The translations under genes were made by a program, and so were the position numbers. Positions 14,158 through 27,615 of a stretch of 64,000 nucleotides of DNA are shown one piece after another; within the stretch, counting starts at the first letter, position 1; every line of letters starts with the position of its first letter. Under the pieces are notes generated by a model. That model saw only the letters and a program-made list of their open reading frames with translations. It was not told the origin of the DNA and made no database searches. This stretch comes from Eledone cirrhosa. Lineage: Eukaryota. The stretch spans positions 412,858,001 through 412,922,000 of the forward strand of contig OZ024740.1 in the NCBI GenBank assembly GCA_964016885.1, read 5' to 3'.

Positions 14158-14174
14158 TGCGTGTGTGTGTGTGC

Positions 14175-14282
<108 letters not shown>

Positions 14283-15398
14283 GTGTGTGTGTGTGGGGGG
14301 GGGGGGTTGTATGTGTGTATACCCCACAGAATTCGAGGAAAAAATTACCCATTGCAAAAGCTAATGCCATGATATTCTGGACCTCTTCAAAGAAAGAGAT
14401 TTTTTTCCGAAAGAAAAAATTTTTATAAAATAATTATTTTCTAATGTTTACATTTTTGGATTCTGAGATTCCTTTGGCTCGCTCTGAGCCTTTAACTTTT
14501 GACAATTTTCGGAATTATGTAGAGAAAAATGTTACTTAATTCCCTCTGTATATATATTTATTTATTTATTCATTTATATATACACCCACTGTGTCTCGTT
14601 TTGAAAAGATTTTGTAAGATCTTTTATTTTTTTAAAGAATGATCTTTTAGAGAGAAAGATTTTGTTTTTAAGTTTCTTTTGAAAAGTATTTTTTGAAGGT
14701 TTTTGGAAGAGTTTTCTAATCTTTCATAACTTCTTTAATTTTTATATTTTTGGATTCTGGGAATCCTTTGTATTTTAGCTTTTAAATTTTGACAATTTTC
14801 TGAATTTTGGAGAAAAAATAATTTTTGCTTAGTTCCCTCCACAAAAGTAACTTTAACAGACAGACTGAAAAAACACACACACAACAACCATACACACACG
14901 TGTTTATGCCACACTCACATGTGTGTACTGTTGTATATATACACCCCCACACTCCCTCTATACATATGTGTGTATGGGTATATGTGTGTGTGCGTGTGTA
15001 AGTATGTACACACACCAACCTACCACAGAATTCTACTCTTACAACCCCCTATCCCCTTTTGAACTATTGACCACTAGATTAAACAATACATTCACAGCAT
15101 ATTTTTCACATCAACAGCTTCCTCCCTTACAAGTAAACAACTTGCTCTCATTTCCAACCAACATTTCAATGATGGAATTAAAATTACTCAAACATTCGAT
15201 TTTGATTTTAATTTTAAACCTTTCTTTTTTTACTACTATCAACTCTTTTTAATTAACTTTTTACACTACATTTGACAAGATGGGGTTTAATAATCGAAAG
15301 CGTTAATTTTCTCATATACTTTATATACTTCATAAAAAGAGTTTTAAAAAAGAATTGCCCCTCTCTTCTTTTAATCACATTTTTTTAATAACACTATA

Positions 15399-15710
15399 TT
15401 TTCAATAATTGTTTCTACTTTAGGCACAAGGCCAGCAATTCCCCAGTACATTACTGGTACTTTATTTTATCGACCCCGTAAGGATGAAAGGCAAAGTCAA
15501 CCTCGGCGGGATTTGAACTCAGATCGTAAAGGGACGTAACTATGCTGGAAAGCATGGCGTCCGACCCTCTACCGATACTGCCAATCCTGATATTATGGAC
15601 ATGTGGTTAAAATGTCTAAGGAAAGAATTGCTGAACAGATTTTTATAGGCAAAACCAACCATCAGGAGGCCCAAGGGTAGATGGTTGGATAACATCCACT
15701 TTTCAATAAT
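15399..15710 (-). mobile_element. tRNA-derived SINE fused to an antisense RTE 3' fragment, 11-bp TSD
   Basis: TSD ttttcaataat at 15399-15409 and 15700-15710. Minus strand has box A-like tggcagtatcgg and box B gagttcaaatcc. Plus strand 15590-15699 encodes YYGHVVKMSKER...RRPKGRWLDNI. Confidence 0.8.
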
Positions 15711-15790
15711 GTCACTTTGACGAATCAAAAAAGAACAACAGACCATTTTAATATATCACCCGTGCTATTTCAAAGTTCATCTTTTCTCTC

Positions 15791-15880
<90 letters not shown>

Positions 15881-15882
<2 letters not shown>

Positions 15883-17234
15883 GTCATCCCCCACGCCGAC
15901 GGCCTTCGCGCCCTCAAACACTACCTCGACCTTCGCCCCTCCCCCATTCCCTCCACCCCCACCCTCCTTCGCCTCGCCGAGCTGGTCCTCACCCTAAATT
16001 GTTTCTCCTTCTCGGGTGAGTTTTACCAACAGGTCACGGGGGTAGCCATGGGCACAAGAATGGGCCCGAACTATGCCAACCTTTTTGTTGGCCATGTTGA
16101 GGCCCAGATCTTTGCCCAGTACACCGGCCCCATGCCGCCCGAACTGTACGGTCGTTACATTGACGACTCTATCAGAGCCACGACCCTCACCCGAGTACAG
16201 CTCGACTCCTTTCTCTCCTTCTTCTGCTCCTTCCACCCCTCCCTCCACTTCACCACCTCTATCTCCACCACCCACGTTCACTTCTTGGACATCTCCGTCG
16301 CCTTCGACCCCTCCCACCACTCCCTCGTCACCTCCGCCTTCTTCAAACCCACCGACTCCCAATCTTACCTCGACTTCACCTCTTCCCACCCCACCCACAC
16401 TAAACTCTCCATTCCCTACTCCCAACTTCTCAGGAACCGCCGCCTCTGTAGCCGAGATGCTGATTTCGAGTCCCAGGCCCTTTCCCTAGTCAGCCATTTC
16501 ATCCGCAGAGGTTACCCCCCTCTCTCGTCTACACCGCTCTCACCCGCGCCCGTGCTATCCCCCGCTCCACTACCCTCACCCCACGCCACCGCACACCCAC
16601 CCACCGTCTCCCCTTCCCCATCACCTACCTCCCCTCCACCTTACCCCTCCACCGCACCATCCGCCGCCTCTTCCGACGCCTCTAGTCCGACCCCTCCACC
16701 TCCATCATCTTCCCAACCCCACCACTCCCCTCCTTCAAACGCGCATGCAATCTCCGAAACCCTCCTCGTCCACAGCTCCCTACCCCCCAACCCACGCTCC
16801 GTTTCCCCCCCCCCCCCGGTTCCTTCCCCTGTTCTAGGCCCCGCTGCAACGCCTGTCCCCACATCACCAACACCACCACCTTCCAGGGTCCCAACGGCCA
16901 CTCTCTCTCGGTCCGGCATGCCTTCCGCTGCACCTCCTCCAACCTAGTCTACGGACTTCGTTGCACGGAGTGCAGCGCGACTTATGTCGGACAGACGGGA
17001 CGTCGCCTGGCGAACCGAGTCACGGAGCACCTCCGGGATATTCGTCTCGGGGGCAGTTCCCCCATCGCCCGCCACTTTGGTGGCCCTGGACACTCCGCAC
17101 GCTCTCTCACAGTCTGTGGCCTACTCCAGTGCCACGGAACACCCGCCCATCGCCTTACGGTCGAACAACGCACTATCTTCATCTTACAGACCCACATTCC
17201 ACCCGGCCTGAACTCCCCACCCTTATTCCTTTAG
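15881..17234 (+). pseudogene. PLE RT C-terminal half plus GIY-YIG, frameshifted
   Basis: GVAMGTRMGPNYANLF, RYIDD, HFLDI, KPTDSQSYL, CSRPRCNAC, LVYGLRCTEC..YVGQTGR..R..EH, PPGLN. Confidence 0.85.
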
Positions 17235-18601
17235 CGTTCGACCCCCCCCCCCCCACACACACACACACACTTATCCCCCACTAACACCACTAACACACCC
17301 CTCCTTTTCACCGCCCACCCCACACTAACAATACTAACACCTCCACTCCACCCCTCATATGACCACCCTTCCCCAACTAACATACTAACATCCCTTCCCT
17401 CCCCTCTCCCCCCTCCTCATCACACGCACACACGCACCCACTTACACCACCCACCCCACACGCAACTAACATCACTAACACCCTCCAACCCCACGCACAC
17501 GTACCCACACACCCTCGTACACCACCAACTCTCCACACCCTACCCCCACTAACCCCAACTCACACCTGCATTCCACCCCTCCCCACCTCCCGTATACTAA
17601 CACCCACTAACACCTCTTCACCAAACTACACACACACCAGTACACCACACTCCCTCCATAGAACCACACACACCCTTCTCTCCCCGCTCCACACTCACTC
17701 ATCCCACTAACACCCCTACTAATACACACACACACACACACACACACATACCCTCCTCACTCCAACTCTCACACCTACCCATCCTGGCCTCCGTACCATT
17801 CCGCCGACTGCTGCTATGCCCTTCCGACCACCTCTCAGCACCAACTGACCCCAGCACTCCCACTGCTGACCACTTCCTGTTTCGCGCGCACCCCACATAT
17901 CTCCTCTTCCGACCACCGCTTCTTGGATTACCCACACGTGAAATTGACTTCTAACCAAAATCTCCAAACATCCGTGGAACTTACCAACTTTTCAACCATC
18001 CTCTTACACCATCACCTATATAACTCACCCACACACACACCCCAACAAAAACATTTTTATCCACAGGCCACCCACACCCACAACACGCTTAAACCACACA
18101 CACGTGCTTCCCACCACATATTTACACACTCAGCCTCCTGATTCCTCTCCCCCCACCCCCCTATCCACACACGCACAGACACTCCGACCCACAAAAACAC
18201 CCCCCACACACACCTTCCTGAACATGCAACCCCGTTCTTCCCCCAACCCTCACTTTCACATACACACACACACACACACACGCACACCTAACCACACACA
18301 CCACCTTCAGCCCTCCCCGCTCGGAAACCCCGTCTCCCTCTCCCCACTCCACCCGCCACCACCCCTACTCACCCCACACCCTTCCACCACCTGTTTACCC
18401 CCCTTTTAATTTCCGTTTATTTTGATCATGCCTTTATTTTTAAATTTTCTCATTCCTTGTATTTTGATCATGCTTTATTTTTATTTATTATATTTTTTGT
18501 CTTTATTTGTTTATTTTCCATTCGCACCGTTTCCTTTCGCTATATGTCTCTCCACCACTCCCCTACACACCTTTTGAACTCTGTTCCCACACACTTCTCA
18601 C

Positions 18602-18632
18602 CTGAAGAAGGGCTTATGCCCGAAACGTCGTC
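18602..18632 (+). ncRNA. Minimal PLE-type hammerhead motif
   Basis: CUGAAGA-A-GGGC-UUAU-GCCC-GAAA-CGUC; the copy on the minus strand at 61805-61835 has CUGAGGA. Confidence 0.7.
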
Positions 18633-18717
18633 CCTCACCTACCCCCCACTCTCCTGAGCGTGAATTTAATAAACATTTACCGTACTGCCTCTCTGTTCTG
18701 TCCCTGTTCACTTTTTC

Positions 18718-18759
<42 letters not shown>

Positions 18760-18908
18760 TAAATAAATAAATACATTTTCGGAGAAAGCTTTTAGCGATA
18801 CCCCGGCCAAATTCCAACTCACTCAACAAACATTAGGACATAAGTAAGTATATTCCTAATTAAACGTTCGGGGTGCTAACTAAATGTATTGTGTGGAAAA
18901 TTGGTTGT

Positions 18909-18950
<42 letters not shown>

Positions 18951-19278
18951 AGGTAATATTAAATATTAGATATAATCCAATTATAAATATAAGAGCAGCT
19001 CAAAGCAGCTTGTCTTAATATATTTTAATGCTACTAGCTGGTAATTCTTAATTATATTCATATGATCATGCTTTTCATGTGCTTCCTGCTTTCCTCTTTT
19101 ATATCAATGTTGATATCTATTATTTTTGCTTTCTTCATATATGCTTAGAATGTTCTTTGACAAGATTATCTTTGTTTTAACGTTTGATTTACATTCCGAT
19201 GGATCCGGCCTTGTGCTTGCATGGAATGATCGCTAGTATTTAAATGTTCTTAATCACTATTTTATTGTTATGTATAAC

Positions 19279-19319
<41 letters not shown>

Positions 19320-19644
19320 GAGAGAGAGAGAGGACGGAGGGGTCGATGGATGGACAGATAGATAGATACATGTTAAATGAAATTAAATGAAGCGAGATAA
19401 AGTATTAATGTATGCGTGTGTGCACGTGTGTGAATGTGAGTGCGCACATGCCTATATGTTTGTGGCAATGTAATGAATCAACACGTGAGTGAAGCATATT
19501 ATCTGACGGGCTAACTTTATATACGACATAGTGACACGTGATTACAAAATACAAATACAGACTATAATTTATCAGGGGCAAACACTTCTCCACAATTTAT
19601 GTTGTGTCTCAAAATTGTATATATTTATATATATATATGTATAT

Positions 19645-19832
19645 GATAGTAGAACAGGTGGTGTGTTATATCTGTAGTAGTAGAGCACTCAGTCCATGGG
19701 ACGTGTTTGGTGGAAGTAGTTCCACAACAGTGATTTCACCATACCGAGAACAAATGTTTCACCTTATTCGGATCCGAATAAGGTGAAACATTTGTTCGCG
19801 GTATGGTGAAATCACTGTTGTGGAACTACTTC
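19645..19832. mobile_element. Asymmetric palindromic mini-element with hammerhead 3' half
   Basis: Near-perfect ~60-bp arms about ggatcc (19770-19775); GAAACAUUUGUU follows; the left arm is ~65 nt longer; TA flanks. Confidence 0.7.
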
Positions 19833-19937
19833 TATATATATATACAAAACCCGTGCTCAAACGCAGAAATGCTATAAAGATAGAATATAATATAGGGTGA
19901 GCCCCCTTAAAGGACTTTGCCATCGGCCGCTGTGGTG

Positions 19938-20270
19938 AATTGAACCCCATATCTTCCCGATACCGGCTAGATGATGTACCCTTTAACATAAGGAGACTTT
20001 CACGTTATTTGCGTCATTTTTAACTAGATAGGTACACAAAGGCTTTCACATGTCAGCAGGCAGGCAGAGAGACTGGAAGACAGGCATCTGTAGGTAAACA
20101 AATTTCGTCTTCGTATATTATTTGTTTACATCAGAATGTCTCTATGTCAGTCTCTTTGTCTGCCTGCTGACATATGAAAGTGTGACCCAGCTACCTGGTT
20201 AAAAATAGTTAAAGCATCTAGTTAAAAGTCTTTAAATATCTAGTCGGTATCTGGAAATATGGAGTTCAAT
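19938..20270. repeat. Degenerate inverted repeat
   Basis: ctttcacatgtcagcaggcag...gtaaacaaat pairs with atttgtttac...ctgcctgctgacatatgaaag; outer parts match patchily. Confidence 0.6.
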
Positions 20271-20289
20271 GGTTCTAATCTGTTATTGA

Positions 20290-21200
20290 TTTGTGGGTTG
20301 GCTCTACGCATGAGTAAGACTTCCTAAATTCATAAATTGCGAATATTTAACTCTCTGGCTTTAATATTGACTTCTATATTTTTGTTGATGTTTCTGAATT
20401 TGTTAATGTGTTTTTTGAATGAGGATGCAAGTGTCTGTTGAGTTATTCGTTAATGCCGGTATGGAGTGTTGCAGTTGTGCACCAATGTAGAAACCCTTAT
20501 AGTTGCTGCATCCACACCGGTATACCACATGTGTCCAGTAGCAATAACTGTGTCGCGGATACGGCAGTGTGATAGCGAGCGTTGGTTGTCATATCCGGAT
20601 CGCTTTTGAGTGTGGTATCCACACAGTAAAGTTCAGAGTGTGCTGATTGTATGTCCAGTCCTTCTTTGCGGATAGCTCAGGTTATGCTTTCGCTGAAACA
20701 TGGTACTTTTATGAAGCAGTTGTTAGAATAGATCTTAGGCCTGCAGTGCCTTCGATTCCTAAGACTGTGGATGTTGGTTATCCGTTCTCTTCCGTTCATC
20801 TATGAAGTGAGCAATGTGAGTAATCTGGACATCAGTTTTGCTGCATTTATTCCAGGTACGCATCAGTTCATTTATTATGTATCCGATTTCAGCACCAAGG
20901 GGAAGGGCTGATCTAAAATGCACAAACTGGTCTGTACTGGTGGTTTTCCTATAGAAGTTGATATATATTGCACCGTCTTCTGTTAGTTTAAGCTGGAAGT
21001 CCAGCTGGGGCAAGGAACCATTTAACATCTATAATAAATATTATGTTCTTATCTATTTTTGAGAATGGTGTAGCTATTATATCGGCCTCTTCACGTGAGG
21101 ATGTGAAGATGAGTATACCATCTATGTATCCAGTGAACAAGACACAGATGTGGCAGGTTTTGAGCGCTCGACATTCCATCACCTATATGAAACTAAAACA
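20290..21200 (-). pseudogene. Decayed PLE RT and GIY-YIG remnant
   Basis: GYIDGIL, LPQLDF, FYRKTTSTDQFVHFRSALP, then HVVYRCGC..FYIG. Confidence 0.65.
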
Positions 21201-21705
21201 CTATCTTTTGGATTACACATGCGTTCTCAAACAGGAAGCAATTCTGAATGCACCGAAATGACGCCAGAAAACAAAGGCTTTCCATAACGTATAGGTGACT
21301 TCATAGAAATGTTTGACAACCTAATATCAGCGAAAACAGACTTTTACCACAAAACGCTATGGACCACAAAATGATAACTGCAAAACTGGAGCATTCTGGT
21401 AGCTTGCATCCGCAAGAATAATGTCTGCAGATTTTCTGGTGGTGTATGCATCTCAGAAGATACCCTCTCCTGCACTATATAAACGATGATATATATATAC
21501 ATAGATGAGCTGTTACATGTTAAGTACATCTATTGTTCAACCTGATTGTTCAACATGTTAAGTACATCTATTGTTCAACCTGATACTTGTGAAAAGTAAA
21601 AAGTATATATTGTGAGGTTTCTCTGCCCTACGGTTATGCATTTATCATTTCAATAGCATAACTGTAAAAGTTAATTCTACTACAAATAAAAATAATAATA
21701 ATAAT

Positions 21706-21765
<60 letters not shown>

Positions 21766-21844
21766 TTATATACATATATATATGTATTTATGTATATATA
21801 CATACACACACACACACGCGCGAACACACACATGAACACACACA

Positions 21845-21966
<122 letters not shown>

Positions 21967-22011
21967 TACATATAGATAGATATATAGATATTCACTTTAA
22001 TAATAAGTACG

Positions 22012-22047
<36 letters not shown>

Positions 22048-22049
<2 letters not shown>

Positions 22050-23800
22050 TAGCAGAGGTACCCGGCGTTGCTCGGATATTAAATAGTAGTTGTGTATACC
22101 ATTTATGTCAATATTTCAGTGCTGCTTCGAAAACTATACTTTTACAAAATCATCCGCTTTTTCCAAAAGGGGGTTCCTGCCCCCAGGGGTCACCTACCAA
22201 ATATGTGCCAATTCTGAGAGATCATATTCATCTGGAGGACAAACGTAGCCCATGTGTCAAGTTTTCTGAAAATCGGTTGCGAACTCCAGAAGTTATGACG
22301 TTTTGTTGCATTGCACTGCAGTGCTTCAGTCGACTCCAAGGCAATGGTTAAAGTGGTTAAAGTGGTTAAAGGGATTATCTGCCGGGGGGGGATGTAATCA
22401 ATATCTGGAAAAATAACAGTGCCCATGACCATCCGGAGTACATAAGTAACCTATGTCTTAAGTTTGGTGAAAATACTGTAGAAATGCATAAGGTTTATAC
22501 ATACGCGCGTGCGTTCGTGTGTGTGTATGTGTGTGTGTGTGTGTGTGTATTTGTGTATGCGTATGTATGTGTATGTCCGTCGGGGCACACGTATGTACTG
22601 GCCTAAATCTTCACTATTTACTTTTAATAACCTCTGTCATTTTCGTTTTCAATTTTATTTACATCATTCTTAATCTCCGGGGCTGGAAATCATTCTGTTA
22701 TTTTAAATAGAATATTAGTCTAACGACACCATTTATACCATAAACTTGGTCTGGTCTTTGCATGAAGTTGTTCTTCAAGATCCACATAACGATGTATTAT
22801 CCTCGCTTTTTTCCGTTCATTGCAGGGAACGTCTTCACGAACCAAAATATCGTCTTCCTGTTTTCGTTCGGATGCAACTTTTCTCAAAATATTTACTTCT
22901 GCGTTCACAGATTACTCTCAGTTCAATTTGAATCGGAAATACCTGTTTCATCGATTTTCTCCGTAACCATGGAAGCTTGTAGTAGCCAAAAGTTTATTAA
23001 CAACGAAATAACGTTGTCTTTGATATGTTATTTTAAATAAGACAATGAATTGAAAAATACTACTTACTGTTAGTGGTGGTTAACATGTATTAGAAATAAA
23101 ATGAAAATGATATCTGAAAAAACGTACTTGAGAACATGACTCCCATCTTCGCAATTTAAGGGTTTTATTTCTTTTGATGGAAAACACTGACTGCTTTCGG
23201 TTTGGCATTTCGTAAAATGGTACTGCAGAATTTATTTCATAAAACGGTACTGTATGATAGTTTACACTTTGATTGCCCTGGTCAACAAGAGGGGGCTCTA
23301 TATATTAGATATGTATTAGAAGAGGGGGAAATAACTAACCCCAGTATTAGAACAGGGGGTTCTCAATGTAAGGGTTTTATTTCTTTTGTTAGAAAACAGT
23401 TACTTTTTCGTTTTGGCATTTCGTAAAATTCTACTGCAGAATCGATTTCATAAAACAGTCCTGTATGATAGTTATAGAATTATTTAAATGTAATATAGAG
23501 CAATTGTTTTTAAAAATGAAAATGAAACGTACTGTAGTAGCCAAAAGTTTATTAACAGCGAAATAACGTTGTCTTTGATATGTTTTTTTAGACAAAAGTA
23601 TTAGAACAGGGGGAAATAACTCACCGAACGCGATAGTTTTGGGGCCCCAGGGACGACATTTTTCAAGTTAGAGATTTGAAACCTCGTCTATTTGCTTCCT
23701 TAGCACTTTTTACATAGGTGTGTAAATGTTCATGTCCGTCCGACCACGTCTACTACCATTTAACCGTGCACATCTGAATTTAAACCACCGCCCATTTTGC
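22048..23800 (-). mobile_element. Non-autonomous Helitron-like element (3' end clear, far end uncertain)
   Basis: Minus strand ends ccgagcaacgccggg hairpin, spacer, CTAG|T at 22048. Internal duplications at 22978/23533 and ~23150/23360. Confidence 0.45.
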
Positions 23801-25144
23801 AAATATATATTATATGTATATATATATGTGTGTGTGTGTGTGCGTGTGTGTGTTTGTGTGTGCCTGTGTGTGCGTGTGTGTGAGTGAGCGCAAATCACAT
23901 TTTTTTTATGCGTAGAATTGCGCAGTTAATTCTAATCTCTAACCAATAAATTCCATAAGCGTTTCCAATTACTTAACTATTGATTATGTTAGATGTGGAT
24001 GTGGTATACTTCCATACACTCTCGGCATCTAGTCACCTATACGCTTGATAGTTAGAATATTCGACCACGTAACGGGTGTTGACTTATAAATATCTACCTA
24101 CCCATCAAGTGCATTACAGACGTACCAGATATTGTTTAACAGCTGATAATGAGATCGGCTGCGTTGACTCTGATACTTTCCTTCCTACCTTAAATAATGT
24201 GTAGTTGTATAACAAAGAAAAAATCAATATTATTACTCAACGTTTCTTAATGTCAATTCAAGGAAGAAAAAAAATACATTCCAGCAGCGTCTTCTTGTTT
24301 TGTTCTTTGTATTTGTTATTTTATTTTGTTAGTAGCTGATACTTGTTTATTCTAACGCTTTTTTTTCATAATTCTATTTCTATTGTCTCGAAAATATAAA
24401 ACAAAGAATCAATATGTACGATATACATTTCAACTCAAAACATTGCTATTTATTTGTATTTTTTCTTTCAATTCAACAAATTGGCTGTTTTTCTTCAATG
24501 TTAGTTTGTATATATTTATCATAAATATATACTGATTTCATACAGTTGCTGTACCATTCGTATTATTTTTCATTTCACTTTTATTTATATATATTTATTT
24601 ATTTTATAATTTGGAGTATCTGTTTACCAAACACAAAACTTTTTCTTTGTTGCAAAAAACTCATTTTACATTTCTTCTTTCTGTTTTTAAATTTTATACA
24701 TTTAATTTTATTTGTTTAATTATTATCCTTATTATTAATAGTATTATGTAGTTTTGCATCATTACATTAATATTCAGTCAGTTTTTCTTTGAAAGACTTC
24801 TATCAACAGAGAACAGGAGGTTTTGGTAGAACAAAACAAGCTATTAAATGAACCGAATAGAAATGAACCCCGAAGAAGGGGAAAGTTATTTGATTGCCCA
24901 GATGGCAAAGGTCCTGCATGTTCACAAGTCGATAACGAGTAGATGTGTGGTTTCGTGTACGCGTTGTCTAATCTCAGTACTATTGGGCATAGAAGTAGCT
25001 GTCTCCCTCAGCCTATCTTCCTTTCTCGCTCTCACTCTCGCTCTCGGTTACTCACCCACTCTCTCCCTCTCTCCGTCACGATACAAGCCCACAACAACTT
25101 CTTCAATTGTTACTAGTGTTGTGAGTAGAGAATAATGTAATGCT

Positions 25145-25521
25145 AGTCAATAATTGTTTCTACTTTTTGGCGGAAGGCCACCAATTATCCAAGTGCATTA
25201 CTGGTACTTTATTTTATCGACCCCGTAAGGATGAAAGGCAAAGTTAACCGTCGTGGGATTTGAACTCAGATCATAAAGGGGCGTAACACTATGCTGCAAA
25301 GCATGGCGCCCGACTCTCTACTGATACTGAGTCAATAATTGTTTCTACTTTTGGCACAAGGCCAGCAATTATTCCAGTACATTACTGGTACTTTAATTTA
25401 TCAACCCCGTAAGGATGAAAGACAAAGTTAACCTCGGCGGGATTTGAACTGAGATCATAAAGGCCCGTAACTCTATGCTGCAAAGCATGGCATCCGACTG
25501 TCTACCAATACTGAGTCAATA
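25145..25521 (-). mobile_element. Tandem dimer of tRNA-derived SINE
   Basis: Two ~185-bp units bounded by agtcaata at 25145, 25330 and 25514. Confidence 0.85.
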
Positions 25522-26159
25522 GTGCTACACAATTTGAGCTGGAAAAGTGAAATCGGTGTGTTTATAAGGGCTTACACTAACTTAATTTTATGCTGGTATA
25601 TTAGTACCATGTGTTATTTAATATGTAACGTCTGTAATATTGCTGTACTCACCTTTTACTGAATGTATATCCCCTTCCATTTCAGTATTCTCATATATAG
25701 AAATACTTTTGTTAGAAGAATAAAAAATAAAAATAAAATAGGTTTGCCTATATTACTCCAAATTTGAGTTTTTAAATATAGATAATGTACCTGTCTATAA
25801 AAATGAAGGGCAAAGCTGTATCAGCACACTAAATATTTCCTTGCGAAAAGAGATTATGTGGGACTAAGAGAGAGGAATCAGGAAAATCTAAGTCTCACAT
25901 TATTTGCAGCAGATTTTCATACATATTCAAAGGAGCGACTAATGCAAGCCTATGTATATGGGCGGAGCAGCATTTGATGATTTGAATTAGGAACGTCGAT
26001 TGGACATATCTACATTCTCTACAAGATTAGAAAGATACTTTCCAATGTAGTAAGTCCTCTATTCATATCTCGAAATGTGGAAAAGTGTATACATGTATAC
26101 ACCCCCTCCCATGTAGGCCGGAACTCAGCCGTCAGTGTCCTGACTCCATTCGCATGTGT

Positions 26160-26223
<64 letters not shown>

Positions 26224-27471
26224 GTATGGGGCTGTGACAGCTAATGGAAAAGCGTACTAAATGCAGAACTGGAGTTTTAACATTCATTATATTAAGGTTA
26301 AATAGTTTTGTTACTCTGGATTTTTTAAAGTTAATTTTATAAGATCTTAGTCACACGGATAATTCTTTCAAATGGATTGGTTTTAAACGTTACACCACCT
26401 GCGATCTCTCACCTTTACGTCACTTTCTTTATCTCTGTTCACTGCGTCTGTCTATTTAATATTAATGTCCAAACTGTCTCTTCCTTTTCGCATCCTGTGC
26501 ATACTTTCTCATCTCAGTTAATATGCTGGGCCTTGTTTACATCTCTTCTTTTTATTTGCAGCACATTTGTCTGTAATAAATTTACATTTATCTTACTTTA
26601 TTTATACATAATCGTAAGACCAATCAGGCTTGTCTTGTGTCCATTTGTTACTGTCTCCATGTGTTACTGTCCTATGTTCACTGAAGTTATTATATCAAAC
26701 TTATTGCAATAAAATCACAAGGACCTCTTGAGATCGACAGATGAGAATGGACTGTTCTGTGCTTTATTCGTTTTTCCATTGTTTCCACCCAACCATTTTC
26801 TATTAAATGCATGGGTCATTATTATAAATTGATATATATTGAGTTTATACAAAAGAAATGGCAAAGTCCCCCGGTAACAATGAAAATCAAGGGAATATCT
26901 GATACTTGACGTGGACGTCTTCTAGAAATGACAAATCAGATTGACGCTATCAATATATATATATATATGTGTGTGTGGCAAATGTACACACCTAAAATAA
27001 GATGTACGTGGGACATATCTCAAACAAACACCACTTTCTTATCCATGCCTAAGATTGGTACTGTATATTATCGAGTACATATGCATACGAGACAACACGA
27101 CAACCTACAGACAAAGGGTAACACACGAGTGTCTTTTAGCCAGGACATCAAAAGGAATACGTAGAAACAATGCATACAATATCTTAGGTCTGGAAAAAAG
27201 ACATTGTATTCTTCAGACAAGTTGTGTAATGTTAACCCCGGTATTAAAACGTATTGAAGGAGAGAAAGAGGGAGGATTTCATACTGTTAAGTAAACAGGC
27301 GGTTAACCGAAGGCGCACGTAGCTTTAGAGCAGTAATAAATAGCAAATGCATATAGGTCCTAAGGAAGAAATTGGAACTCGAAAATGACATGTCCTTAAA
27401 ACATATATATGTATCTACACACATACACACACACACAAATACACACACAAACACACACATACACCCCCCCC

Positions 27472-27499
<28 letters not shown>

Positions 27500-27502
<3 letters not shown>

Positions 27503-27615
27503 TGTTATACTTGGGGAGGGTCATATTTGTGTAATATATTTGTGCCAGAATTAATACCAGAACACACTCACTGTTTGGTTGGTTTTCGCTTTTCGCTTCT
27601 GTGTCTTTTATATCG
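27500..27615 (-). repeat. Short interspersed repeat abutting (TA)n
   Basis: Reverse complement of ~52050-52155; its end resembles 9775-9830 (atgaccctccc..agtataa). Confidence 0.65.

Larger units (their letters stand above)
15881..18720 (+). mobile_element. 5'-truncated C-rich Penelope-like element (Neptune-like)
   Basis: RT/GIY-YIG coding to 17234, long C/A-rich 3' region, HHR near the end, (TA)n on both sides. Second copy at 61715-64000. Confidence 0.85.

Noticed and set aside
19157-19240. UUGACAA-GAU...AUC-G-CUAGUA as a hammerhead
   Set aside because: GAAA is missing and stem I is absent.
26234-26879. Solo LTR (TGT...ACA with AATAAA)
   Set aside because: No matching TSD and no second copy.
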